NCBI GenBank assembly: GCA_964035545.1
Contig: OZ037765.1
Location: 3,792,698-3,856,697, forward strand
Reading direction: 5' to 3'
DNA from: Bugula neritina
Taxonomy: Eukaryota > Animalia > Bryozoa
Length of the DNA: 64,000 bases
The notes beneath the pieces are model-generated. The model searched no databases. It worked only from the letters and a program-made list of their open reading frames with translations, and was not told where the DNA came from. This document shows positions 14,974 through 28,016 of this stretch, piece after piece; the first letter of the stretch is position 1, and each line of letters opens with the position of its first letter. Both the position numbers and the translations under genes were made by a program.

Positions 14974-15367
14974 CTTTGACTTCTGAAATTTGAACTTCAG
15001 ACGAAACTACTTCTCCTACATCTCCATCATAAACGAAGCAAGACAAGCTCCCCTTTACTTTTTCATCTCTGATAACCAGTTCAACTCTAAAGATTGTACT
15101 TAAACTTGCATTGCTAAATCCACAATCGTGAATTTTAACTTCCATCCCTTTCAAGCTACTAAAATCGTAGTTCCGCCACTCAACATTGAACAATTTTACG
15201 CACACATGCTGTGTAAACTTTTGCACTGTCATTGTAAACAAAGTTCATTAATTCTATTTTTTGAAAACCTCTGGCGATACAGCTAAAAGACATTTTGGTG
15301 TTTATGTGAAAATCTGTTAAATCTTGAGATTGAATGATTTCCAAAGAGTAGTTTTGTTTTCCATTCA
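14974..15367 (-). pseudogene. Best-preserved domain exon of array B (single +1 frameshift)
   Basis: TTTTAG acceptor and AAAG|GTTGGT donor; length 394 nt = 3n+1. ORF-track entries 15180-15461 and 14954-15241 join into one domain (..FSCIARGF..YTA/CVKLFNVEW..DCGF..GSLSCFVYDGDVGEVVSSEVQISEVK). Confidence 0.75.
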
Positions 15368-15486
15368 CTAAAAATATAATATGATCAGGTATATAAAATG
15401 TAAAATATCTATTAAATGGTAGTAAACCACTATTCCTATGCTGTTGAAGGATGCCTGACACACTTCACTTATGCAGTATTATAATA

Positions 15487-15490
<4 letters not shown>

Positions 15491-15577
<87 letters not shown>
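15491..15577. repeat. (TA)n microsatellite
   Basis: About 43 perfect TA units in the intron after the leader exon. Confidence 0.97.
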
Positions 15578-15580
<3 letters not shown>

Positions 15581-15654
15581 AAAGGCATATTCTGTAAATT
15601 TGAGTTCAACACCTTCAAAATCAACAAATGCATGATTTTCAAGCCGATACTTAC

Positions 15655-15703
15655 TGCAAATGATGGCAATTGTGAGAAACTGGAGACAGCCATATACTTT
15701 CAT
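15655..15703 (-). CDS. Signal-peptide leader exon of array B (MKVYGCLQFLTIAIIC)
   Basis: ATG at 15703, 16 codons + 1 nt, then a GTAAGT donor. Splices in phase to the acceptor at 15367 (..NGKQNYSLEI). Homologous to the leader at 27258-27306. Confidence 0.7.
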
Positions 15704-16543
15704 CTTACTAAAATCATAAGAGGACTATCATCAGTCATACCTAGTATAATGCTGCATGTTGCTATATTAAATTGTTAACAATGCGATGAAATGTAAGCTA
15801 GCTAAATAAAATTTGAAGGTATTGGTGTCGTATATAAATGTTAGCTTTTGTTAATTATTAATTTTGGCCATACAAATTTAAACGGTAAATAAAAGTTTTT
15901 CTTTCAAAATCTGTATACTACCAAAGCAGGTTTAAAGATTTTTATCATGAGATATTTGAAAAAAGTTTTTAACCTATAACTACAAGGAAAGGTTTCTGCC
16001 TGTAAGAATGTTAGTTTTGGCGTTTTCAAACTCAGAAACATTTGTACATCTGTATAACTTACAAATAAACAGCTTGTAGATAAAAGCTAGGCGTGACCTA
16101 TATTATTAAATCATGTAAAAAGAATAATTATAACTTGGAATTAAAGCAAAACTATGTATTGTTTGGCTATGCCATGCAGTTTTACAATTTTGCAAGTATT
16201 TGTGTATTTATTACTATAAGTCATATTGTGCTTTTCTATAGTTTATCTTGAATAAATTTAGTATAAATTGCATTTAATAGTCTTTAACTATTATAATCCT
16301 GTCTATGAGCTGAAATCAACAGCAAGTGACTTTGCAGATTTTGTAGCAAAGGAAATACCTTCTACCTTATTTTCTCTTTTATTTATAAAGTATTTAGTCT
16401 AGTAGGTTAAAATTTTAAACAATTAAATTATTAAAATTTCGATTAAATGTTTGAATATGGCTGTTAACTTCTTTGACAGTTTTATAGTCATGAAATAAAT
16501 CACACAAAATGTTCAAAGCTTTAACTTTAACTTTTGAATTTTT

Positions 16544-16597
16544 CGTACCTTTATAAAAGTCACTGATAAATTTATCAGTGACTTTTAAAAAGGTACG
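16544..16597. repeat. 54-bp near-perfect palindrome (1 mismatch, no loop)
   Basis: CGTACCTTTATAAAAGTCACTGATAAA | TTTATCAGTGACTTTTAAAAAGGTACG. Confidence 0.92.
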
Positions 16598-18209
16598 GAG
16601 AATTTAAAATCATTTTTATAAAGTTTTAAAAGTAGTGTTACGATTTGATATAAATGGAACTAAAAGCAGAAGCTTTTAATTTATTGTTAATAAAAGTCAA
16701 CTTACAACACCATCAGGCATAACTTTGATTGCCAAACGAAAAGGAAACTGAAGTGGAGATAATTAGACGAAAGTTTGAAAAGGCTTCAGCTTTCTTTTGA
16801 GTTTTTGTTTTTGATTGCTAAATAAATTAGTTAATTTTCTGCTTGCACTGCAAAATTTATAGACAAATAAGAAACTGAAAAAAATGTGTATAGACATGTT
16901 TTACATACCAATGATTCTTAATATGGCTTACAATCAGTGCACTTTTAGCTTCTAACAGTTTAAAGTTTTTTAAATCCTAATTTTACAATAGACAGAAATG
17001 GCAAGCAAAGTTATAGCTTTCCATGCATATAACATAAACATTTTATAATAAATATGACTCATAGTGCTAATTTTAATTGACAATAGTAATCACTCTTAAA
17101 ATTCAAGCAAATTTGAATAGAATAATGATCTTATATACCACTCTCTAGAATAGCATATTATCCTAGCAACTCATAGTATTTATATGCACGTCTAAGTCAT
17201 GCAAATAATGTTGAGTAACAATTTTATTTTTACAGAAAATTAAATGCTATGTGCCTATAGAAAAATAAATTCTGCTATTTAAATTTTTTTTTCTAACCAA
17301 AGCTGCTATGATAACTACCAATTGAGTTGAAAGGTTTCTAGATTTAAATTCAAAATGAAAGACAGCTTTATTTAAAAGAATAAATAACTGTCAATACTAT
17401 ATTTAAATTTTGCAGTTGATGACATGATAAAATGCATACATTGTATATTTTTCGATCACAAATAGTTGGGAGTTTGTTTAAACTTAAGTATTATTGCAAT
17501 ATTTCTACATTTCTACATATATTTAATATATACATATACTCTCATGCATTTTTATATAATTTGAAAAGATGGTAAAAGTAAATTGATAGGATTGTGAAAA
17601 TATTGTCAAACCTCTAAGTCCTGATTTTTTTAAAAGTAAAGTTTGAAACTAATGAAAAATTTATATTAATTAACAATAGTAGTATTGTTTTGGTTTTGTA
17701 AAATTTTGAACAAAGTACTAAATGCTTGTATTTTAATTTATTGTTAATGTAAATAATGATTCAAAAATTTTCCAGTAAATAAATAACACTGAGGTAGTAT
17801 AGAGGCTTTTCACAAGTCCCTCTGGGGACGTTTGTATTTTGAAGTTGTCTCCTCCCAGACGGGTGTGGTGTAGTCTCCATGATATATAGAACAACCACAT
17901 AAAATCAGTAGAAATTTAAGGTTTGTGTGAAGACTATTGCTAGTACGAGTCTCATTTTTTCTGAGATTATTATTTTGGCATAAGCACACAGATTAGCAGT
18001 TCCAGAAAAATTTAAAAAATTTTCTTTCTTCAAAAATCTTGAGAAAAATTAAGTTCAAAGCATGTTTGTGGTTTTGGTTATACTGCATGAGCAAGCTGAA
18101 TTGGCAACTATGGTATAAGTCCCATCAATCATTTGTTATGCTGGCTGTCATGTTCAATTTATAGCTGTTGACCTTTCAACTCTTTGGTCACAATCTGCTG
18201 TCAACACAG

Positions 18210-19822
18210 TCTTAGAGCATTGCTAGTGAATGAGACAGCAGATTAGCTGTGTTAGAATTTTCAATTAACTATACTTACACACTTATGCTATGAGAATAGC
18301 TAGACTACCTCAACATCCTTCATTTTCACAAAAAGCATTCTCACAAAACTATAAATATATATGTAATAGATTAAAATTTGTAGTATCAAACGAATATGAA
18401 ATGTGCTTTGATACATGTCGGTTAACTTTCTAATACAGGTTAAATGCATCTATTGCAATTATAACCATTGTGCTCAAATACATATATATCTAGATAATTT
18501 AATTAAAAACTTAGATAGCCTTTTAGCAATTAGCATTCAGGCTTTTGTGTTACAGTTTTGTTATTTCTTAATTACGCCTGTGGCTTGTAGCATTTAGGAG
18601 CATGTATACATGCTCCTAAATGCTACAAGCCAAGTAGTCAAGAAATTGAGATAGCCTAAGTTCTTTAAAGTTCCTTACAAATGTTGATGTTGTGTATAAC
18701 ACAACTTTTTTGCTACATTTCTAATCTAGAACAAAGGCTTTTCTCAATTTCTCCATTACTGCATCTACCTCGTGTGTAGTAGTCATCTCCATCAGCTGCA
18801 GTAGATTCAAGATCCTAGTTAATGTAGGTGGTAGGTTAAAATATAGTTATATAATAAAACGGGTAAAAGTTAAAATAGGTAAACTAAGCTAATCACTACT
18901 GCACCTGAAAGCCCAAGTTTCCCAACTCATCAAATTGCAGCATAAACTGAATTATCTGAAAATTACTTCAGAAGGAAGTTCTGGTTGAAAAGTATTAAGA
19001 AGATTCTTACAAGTAAAGCAGTGAAAGCATGTTGATAAAATTAGGTTATTAAAGTTTTGCTTGGGTTTTCAGTTAAACTATTTAATGTTATAGCTACTCA
19101 ACTGCTCATGCTTCAAATATCATGAGCTAGTGTTATTGAAACTTAGCTGCAGCTATACAACTGGCTTGGCTGATCCTGGGTCACAAAACTTTATAATGCC
19201 TTTCTTTAATTTGAGACTCACATTTGAATGGCATAACAATTTAGAGGTTGACTATAAGTCACGATAGCACCAATTAGAATATTACATCTATTAACTTAAA
19301 ATAAGCATGAGCGAGGATATATAAGTTAACATCAAGTATAACATTTCAATTAAAGCTTTTAAATAAAACTATTAGGCCTGTTGTAAGATATGTGATAAAG
19401 ATATGGGGCAGACAAAATATTTCAGGATGATACTGAATGAAAAGATGCCTGCCTAAATATAAAGTCTTTTAAATAAATTTTTGCATAAACTGAGCTTTGC
19501 TTTTCTTGGTTATATATTTTTTAAAGAAAGTTTTAGCCATAACATGAAACTATGTAAAGCATTCACGGTCTCTTGAACATATAATGTAGCACAAACTCTT
19601 CAAAGTATAGTTAAGTGCATATGCTAACACACATCATTTTGATACTACAAATTAAATATGTCTATTTAATATATATTTATAGTTTTGTGAGAAAGCTTTT
19701 TGTGAAAATGAAAGATGTTGAGGTAGTTTAGCTATTCTCATAGCATAGGTGTGTAAGTATAATTAATTGAAAATTCTAACACAGCTAATCTGCTGTCCCA
19801 TTCACTAGCAGTGCTATAAGAC
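18210..19822. repeat. Long inverted repeat pair (arms ~18210-18390 and ~19638-19822)
   Basis: GCTAGTGAATGAGACAGCAGATTAGCTGTGTTAGAATTTTCAATTAA...CTCACAAAACTATAAATATAT recurs in reverse complement ~1.25 kb downstream. No clear TSD. Confidence 0.85.
18581..18632. repeat. 52-bp perfect palindrome
   Basis: TGGCTTGTAGCATTTAGGAGCATGTA | TACATGCTCCTAAATGCTACAAGCCA. Confidence 0.95.
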
Positions 19823-21220
19823 CAGAGGTATATACGTGACACCATAACTTATGCCACCAAAAAAATTATATTTGTATTTTCATACAAAGTATGTGGGCCT
19901 TCTGTAGCTCAAGTATATCAGTTATAAAAAGCTTCTAGGAGTTTAAATGATAAAATGTATAGGACTCATAATAATATTGTTTTGATAAAAAAATTAATTT
20001 ATAGCTGAATTACAATTTTAGTCTTAGAAGAACAGCAAGGGCTTTAAAAAATCAAGAAAAAATATTCCAGTATCTGTGAAGTGGCATGTTTTAATTGCCT
20101 AAATCACTTAATTATAGGATATCAAGAAAAGAATTTTATTAAATACTCCCTTGCCATAATGGTCAAGTGTCCGTTGGACAAAAAGTTATAAGCCTTGTGG
20201 TCTGTGTTAGTAACAATAATCCTTGACCTTCGATTAGTTGGCACAATACAAAATGATAAGGGTCATGTAGATGCTATGTCTGTACCAAGCTTTTTATATT
20301 TCTTGTTTATGCTTATTATATTAGATATTCCAACATGGCCATTTGCATGTTAATTTTTCAGTCATTACGTTTTGGTAAAACTCTCCCTTTGATTTTGATC
20401 ATGCTTTTGCTGCAAATAAAGTTTATAAAATTAAACAATAATAATTTACATATTGATAATATAAACCTCGATTAATATTTTATTAATAAACATACTTACT
20501 GCCCAGTATAAACTGGCAATTAAACCAATAAAAATAAAAATATGCAGAATTTTAAAAGTGAGATGCTTTGCTTATTAACATTATATAGCTAAAACTTAGA
20601 TAGATACTTCTGCTGCTTAAATTTCTTAAAAATAATTAGGCTTACATAACCTCATTGATAAGCTTTTTATTTGTGTTAATATTCATTTTTAGTTTTAATT
20701 TTTTAAATGCAAAAATTTTTATATTACATCTCCTTTTTCAAGGGTCATAATATTATATTAGTAGGTGTAATGCAGATTTTCAAATAGGTGCTGCCAAAAT
20801 ATTGTAATGAATATATTATGTATTTTGAAAATTTAATCTACATTAATTTTTGTTAACTTATAAATGCACTTAACTTAAACCAATTTTTATCAACATTCCT
20901 AAACGTTTTTTTATATATATGATGTACACAATAATATTTGATATTGATGTAGCTTAAACAGCCAAAGCACTGTTTCCATAGCATGAGATCTACATACTAT
21001 ATTTGATGAGCAAAAGCCTACATGTACTATAATTGGATCACTTTAAAGTCATATTGCATAAGTCCTGAAGTATTAATATGTCTTTGTCACATATTACAGG
21101 CTTTGCTATCTGCAGACAACCATTTTTTTTTCATCTGCATCTGTGTAAACATATTCTTAGCCACTCTCAAGTATAAATTGCTATAACTCCAGTAGCACAA
21201 TGAAAAATTCTATAAATATT

Positions 21221-24200
21221 AAAAAACTGCCCACAAAACATTATGTGTAACCATATAACAAAGAAGCATGAGCACAATTTAATTGTAGCAAAACTATTAG
21301 CCAAAGTAATATGGTAGCCAACTATAATCTAACTGTACTTCTATTTTCTCCACGATTAAAGCTAATGTATGAGCTTAGAAAAAGTGCCTTGCTGTTACAA
21401 TAGCTGATGTAATTTGCAGGGTCCTAAATGTTGCATGTTTTCAAAAATTAATAAAAAATTAAATTGAAACTCAGTGAATCATTTGTTTTATTGCAATAAC
21501 ATGTTTATATACGGGTAAAAAGATCAAATGCATGCTGCTAATGGAGAATTGCAATGTTCTTAGACTGTGGAAAGGTTTGACACCTTGCAACACCAAGTTA
21601 CCCTACAATGAGGAGTAACCCCTTATCCTCTACATTGTCGGGCCAACACATTTTATAGTTAAGACAAACTTTTGATTTTAGTGGTCCTTACTTCTCTGGA
21701 TGCCAGCTCCATTTTTCCAATTTCAAATGCTGAGCAGTAAAGTTAGCCCCTTTTTGAAGCAGCCATGCCTTGTTAATTCCAATTCCACTACAATCTCCCT
21801 ATGCTTTATCATAATGATTGCATCTAAAGCAACTATTTTCTGTTCCGTCAACACTGTTGTTTCGTGGGCTTGGTGTGCTCTTCTACATTCCATCGTAGGC
21901 TTTTTGACACTCCTAGTGCAAACCTTGTTATATAATATTAGCCATCTCAAGTTTTTTAAATTATTTGCTATGCAAATGAAAGTGGTCTCTTTCCCTTGAA
22001 CAATTGTTGAATAATTGATAGTGGATGAACGCCATGTTATGACTGCATGAGCAGCTGCTAATTAAATCTGCATGAAACAAAAACGTATTCATTCATAATG
22101 AATGTAAGCGAACACTAGCAATTTAATTTCAACATTTAATAATTGTCTAAGTGACCAACCTTTGATATTTTGAGAGTTCAAGCTTAGATGACAGAGCCTC
22201 TCCAGTTTTTAACTCAAATACAAAGCAAAACAGACTTCCTTTCCTTTGCCTATTGATTAGAAAAGGAGGTTCTAACTTTCCAACACTTTCGATAGGAAAT
22301 GATCTGCTTTCCCAGGTTCCATCAATAATTTTGAGACAGCCTGCTTGATAGCTGTTATTTTGTATGTCAATAAATATCAAATTAGGATATCCAAGTCTTT
22401 GAAACATGGCTGCTGTGCAGCTGAAAGATACCAGCTCATTCAGATACACATCTGGGAAACTTGGCATATGTGGCTCAATTGTTATGGAGTGGTTGTATAC
22501 TGCGCCTGAAATCAGATTAATAGGAATATCAATCTATAGCAGTTAAATGGCAAATTCGAGGAATAAAATAATTATACAATGTGCTACATAAAATAAATAT
22601 TAACATAATAATATTACATATATTAATATGAATTACCTATAAAGCAAAAAATATAAATATTTTATAGAAAATGGAAGTTGTCTTTTATTTTTAAATTTGA
22701 CACAAGCTTTGAAACTTTTTTAAATTATGATTTTATACTTCAAGCATTTTTCCTTTTCCTTTCTTTTGCCCACTCGTGATCATCAGTTTGATAGGGAAAA
22801 CTATTCTTTCAGCCTCAATCAAGGCCTTACAGTTGTCATTTTCTATTTGTGTAACTTCTATGCTTGTGGCTACCAGACCAATGGCAGTCACATCCCAAGC
22901 CCATTATAAACTTTGTTGCACTCTATTTTATAAAATTGCATGATGTTATTGTAGGCTAAACTGGATAAACAAGTAAAAAGGTTTTGTGAAAAATACTAAT
23001 TATTCATGTATTGATATTGAATAATATTGGCCCTATACTTTTTATAGCACCATAAGCAATAATCAATAATCAATTTTTAGAGAGTTTTATCTGCTATTTA
23101 TGTACTGTTTACAAGAAACAGAAATTCTTTATCATCAACACATTGATTTGTCTCCATGAATTGGCTTTTTTAAAACTGACCACATTTGGTTAGCTTAAGA
23201 GCTTGCACACCAGTACTGCCAGTTGTGCTATTTTCACACCTCACTTTACTAAATTATTTCCTGGATACTATTAGCAAATAACCCACACTGATTTGTCTCT
23301 TGAAGGTTAAAAAGATTTAAAGAATCATATATTCTGGAAGTCATTAAAGTAGCTTATAATGATATACAGGGCAAAAATAAAAGATATATATAGAAAGACA
23401 AACTATTCTATATATACAGATGCTTTTAAAAATATAAATTTCCCTAACTACAACAGATTATTAGCCAAAAACCTTTATGGTAGCCAACTATATAGTAATT
23501 CTATTTTCTCCAACTTTCATAGCGTCACACTAACTATAGTAGAATTTTTAGCTTCAAAATGTTGTATACATGTACGGTTTCTAAAAATGTAGTTTAGAAT
23601 ATAAGTAATCATGAAAGATCATTATAGAAGCAAATGATTGAGATCAGCTAGACACATAGTTTCAACATTTTTATATTATAGTGGATTTGACCTTATTCAA
23701 AGCAAATTTGTTTAGTGGTTTTAAGCAAAATCCTTTTCTTCACACTACCATGCAGGCAAACATATTACATGGTGTTAAAGGCACACCTTTAATCTCTGTA
23801 ATTATGAGCTCTATCCCACCCATCCCATAGGTGGTCAGTAAAATCGGCCTCTTAACACGGAATACTGCAAGTTAACTCGTACGCTGATATTAAAGCCACC
23901 ACTTTTTCCCATTACTTCACAGTAATTACTGCCAATACTCTCACTTGCTATTTTCTCTGCATCATTGATGAGCGAATTTGTTGCATTCTTCCACAAGCCA
24001 TCTATTGCTTTTTGGCATCCTGAGTTATAGCGAGTGCCAGCCTTGCTATACATCAGCATCAACCATCTCAGGTTTTTGAAATTCATAGCTGCATGTGCAA
24101 GTAAAAGTAGTCGTTTCTGCTTTAACAAATTTATTGGTAGAAGATGAATGTTGCATTCTTACGGAGGCGTTAATAATTGAATCTAAAACACAAATATATT

Positions 24201-26450
24201 TGTTCGTATATAAATGTAAACAAACTTCAGCTCTAATGATTAATTTTTAGTTACAATTGTGTTGAATAATAACTCCTAACTCTGCATGAATGCTAAAACT
24301 GCCACACTATTATAATATAACTTTAATACTAGCAAAAATTATGAGCTACTATGTGTTCAAGGTTATTACTTTGATGTAAATATGAAAATACCAACTTGTG
24401 TATAGAATATGTGTGTATATTAAGAAAGTAGCAGCAGTTGACCACTTTACAACTATTATAGTAACTCAGGAAAGTTGATTGGTAGGTTTGGTGTGCTCTT
24501 CTACGTGCCATCGTGTGTTTTTTAGCACCCCTAGTGCCAACCTTGCTATCTCTTAATATTGGCCATCCCAAGTTGCTGAAATTATTTGCAATATAAATGA
24601 AATAGGTCTTGTTCCATTGAAGAATTGCTGATAAATTGATAGTTGATGAGTGCCATGTTGTGACTGAGCTGCTGCTAATTAAACCTATAAGTTTAATGTA
24701 TAATTCTCAATTGTATAGAAGACTGGTCACCTAATTTTTTTAAGGGTGCGCATGCACAATATTTGTTGAACTGTTTTAAAACCACACAATAATTTTGTAA
24801 GCGTATATGCTTTGTAAAGTTGTCTTCTTCCAGGCTATGAATCAATTAAGGAAAAGCTTGGCTAACATCCAATTTTTAAAATTTTTACTTGAAACTTACT
24901 CTCTTTGCATCCATTCCACAAGCCTCAGATTGTTATTTTCTTTCAATTTTCACTCTGTGATTTTAAAGTTTACTACACTAAGTTGCCATTTTTTTCCTTG
25001 ATCGTTTTGATTGCTACAGCTGTGTTTTGCCATATGTGATTGGTATTTTTAATGCAACCAGACTTGCAGATCTTTCTGCCGTTACTGTACAACAAGTTTT
25101 GCTATATTCAATGCATACGTAATTTAGATCAATTGTTTTTTCAATGAAAGTAAAAGCCTTAATTAAATTTCGGTTGCTTTGAACCTCTTTTTATTTGAAT
25201 GTCGTTATGGTAAGCTAGATTGTATGTTGTTGATGCCTGTCGCAGCACAACTGATCAGGATAGGTTATATGTTCATATAGAACTCTTGTGAGCTATAAGA
25301 ATTATAAATGATTTCCAACGATTTGGTAAAGATACTCAGCATTGCACAGTAAGATAATGCTGATATATATCTCTGCTCCATGCTGTTGATGTAATAATGT
25401 AAAACAAAAACATTATAGCCTAAGAAGGGTTTAATTAACAGTGGATTATAGAAACTTATTTTTTATAAATTCAAACCTCAACTGTTCTGAAATCACTTCT
25501 CGTATACCATTTCCACATATGCAATACAGGAAAACACTTCTGAGATGAACCTTTTCTTTGTTTTGGATCCATCTTGGATTTTGATTTCAAATCCATCCCC
25601 TCTGCCATGTGTCAAACAATATTCCGCAGTTACACCAAGATTGCCATATTCACCATTTATTTGATGTTGCATTAACAACTCATTTTTGTTCTTCCTAGCC
25701 TCATCAGCAATGTTATCGCAACCTGCTTTAAATAAGTCATCTCTATTTTTATATTCTAGATATAATAGATACTTCAAATTTATAAAGCTTTGCAATTAGT
25801 TATTGTTATTGGTTCATCAAAGTATATGTCCAGGGTGTTTTTAGTTTGTAGGAAGTATTTAAGCTTAATGGGTGTAGCTAAAAAAATGTTGAATGATTTT
25901 GCATGTTTTAATTTTTTTGTGCAATAACAAGAAGAACTTAACTGTTGAAAGTATCTTCAAATAACTGGTATTTATCTAATGCTTAAAGTTCAACAACTAA
26001 ACTTAAATAAAATATAAAGCAATCATAAACCAGCAATGTGCAATAGATGTGGTATATGCTGTAATTATGATTTTAATATCCTTCAAATGAAGCTATATGA
26101 TTTACAAAAAAGTTTCAACTCTATTTACCATAAGTGTTGATTAATATAATAGATACTGAAAACAGCCACATATCTTCATATTTATCATTGGGAATAGATA
26201 TTTAAAATTTAGTATCCTTAATATTGGTTGAGGCAGATTAAAATAATATAATGCTGTTAAAATCAAAGTGAACTCAATAGCAATGTAGTACTATGTGCAG
26301 GCCACCTATGAACAATATTTTTATAATCAGAGTGACAAATTTTATCTATGATTATACTGCATGTCATTTAAAGCCCTATAAAGTTTATTACCTCAATGCC
26401 TTTGATTACATCATATTTTAACTGCTCTGGCACAACTTTTCCTACATCCT
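21221..26450 (+). repeat. Segmental duplication copy 2 (paralogue of 9534-14010)
   Basis: Same match as copy 1; ORF-track pairs 10042/21723, 10468/22147, 11604/23359 and 11966/24329 are near-identical. Confidence 0.93.
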
Positions 26451-27306
26451 TATTATATGCAGTGCAGGAAAATGCTCCAGGTACTGACCCTTTTTTTACA
26501 GTTATTATATGACTTTGCCATATGTCAAGCAGTAATCTTTAGTGGCATCTGGTCCTTCATAGACACCATTGATTTGGTAGTTGACTGAACCTTCTTTATT
26601 ATGCCAAATGTCACTGGCAACTTTATTACAACCTGCTTCTAGCACTTGTTCTCCATCTTTATATTTTAAATATAAATACTCCAAACTTACGAAATTGCTA
26701 GCTTTGCAAATAATAGTTACTGGCTGATTTAGGTAAACGTCCGTGGTGTTTTCATTGGAGTAGGAAATGTTTAGGCTCCTGAGGGTTATAGCTGGAGCTG
26801 AAAAACATGGAGATATACTATATTAGGACTCTGATTAATGATATATACTTATACCTATAAATCAGGTGAATAGGAAAAGAAAACTAATGCTAATTTCCTA
26901 CTTCCTGTTATAGTTTTGTTAATTTCAAACACCATAGTTTGAGAAAAAGTCAAAAGACATTTTCATGATGCCTGCTAATTTTTCAAATTCATTTATTGAA
27001 AAGAAAAAATCCTTTCAAGTTAGCTGATACATTACTCAAATGTTGTAAAATATCTCTTAACAGCTGAGATTTACTTTAATTATCAAAAGTCAGCAATTAA
27101 CTCAACTTAATAAAAATGTAGGCTATTATAAGTCAGCAGTATGTAATATGGACAATTGGCATATACACATATGCCTTAATAATGACTTAATTTTTCTTCA
27201 AATATACAACACTGCATGCAGTGAGTGAAAGAAAAACGTTCAATTTTTTACTTATACCAAAAGTGTTAATGAGCAAGAGGTACTGAAGACAGTCGTATAT
27301 ATTCAT
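21670..27306 (-). pseudogene. Degenerate multi-exon gene/cassette array A: leader exon followed by ~8 decayed four-Cys Ig-like domain exons
   Basis: Approximate units: 26392-26797, 25460-25878, 24820-25340, 24440-24684, 23787-24182, 22750-22950, 22160-22505, 21670-22067. The first unit reads PAITLRSLNISYSNENTTDVYLNQPVTIICKASNFVSLEYLYLKYKDGEQVLEAGCNKVASDIW..DYCLTYGKVI* and continues, after a frame break, GAFSCTAYNKDVGKVV. Confidence 0.7.
27258..27306 (-). CDS. Signal-peptide leader exon of array A (MNIYDCLQYLLLINTF)
   Basis: ATG at 27306, 16 codons + 1 nt, then GT; same length and phase as the leader at 15655-15703; in phase with the TTTTTCAG acceptor at ~26797. Confidence 0.65.
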
Positions 27307-28016
27307 CTTTATTACTATAAATAGGTTAGAAATTTCATTATCCATAATACCAAGTGAACCAAATACTATAAATAGTATCAAACTATTACACAATATGATA
27401 GCATACAATTTATCTACAAGCAATATTGATGTCATTCATGGTTGTTACCTCAAAACCTGTAGGCTGCTAAAGCATGGTAATTTTGCAATATTTAAACATT
27501 AAAATTGAAATAAACAATAATTTACTTTTATACGCAATTGAGAAAAATATAATGTAACTGCTGGTAAGCTTTGAGAGCTATAAAAATAGCAGATTAAATA
27601 ACAAAATCTTGTAAGATATATATAGCTTGTTTTCACCATTATATATAGGTGCTTTATTCTACAAGTTAAAAATTTGTTAAAATCTTATTAAACTTAGCCA
27701 GCGTGCAATAATTATGTTAACTTCTTTCGGGAAAAAAAAGTTATCAACGCATGAAGGTTTTGCATGAGTAAATTACAAGTTTTCTAATTTTATATGTTTT
27801 TTAGAGAAAACAATAATTTTAGTGATCTCTTCAAAATATTTATGATCATATTAATTATTCTAGCCTCAATCTATAGTAGCCTTGATGCTAAAAATTTATG
27901 CATATACAATAATTAACAAAAAATAATTTTTGTGATAATTAGTTATTATCAATCAATTTATATAGCATAGTTATGTAACACCAATTCTCGATTTATTTTT
28001 ATTTTGAATAAAAACT

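Larger units (their letters stand above)
2596..15703 (-). pseudogene. Degenerate multi-exon gene/cassette array B: leader exon followed by ~17 decayed four-Cys Ig-like domain exons
   Basis: Approximate units in transcript order: 14974-15367, 13955-14330, 13020-13440, 12400-12900, 11990-12264, 11014-11220, 10480-10826, 9990-10388, 9146-9530, 8720-9092, 6801-7190, 5620-5960, 4895-5289, 4042-4400, 3600-3988, 2828-3170, 2596-2775. Shared motif order: SLxI..YLN..FxCxAxxF..LxY..GCxxxxxGxW..C..FxVxL..GxLxC..GEVxS..K. Many end AAAG|GT and begin AG|xx in phase 1. Stops or frameshifts throughout. The Ig-like fold is inference. Confidence 0.7.

Noticed and set aside
15479-15693. IYIYIY ORFs
   Set aside because: Translation of the (TA)n microsatellite; only the first 16 codons from 15703 are a real exon.
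2596-27306. Frameshifts in the cassette array as sequencing errors
   Set aside because: Lesions are shared between duplicated copies, and the neighbouring 5.9-kb pol frame and host genes are intact; individual homopolymer errors are still possible.
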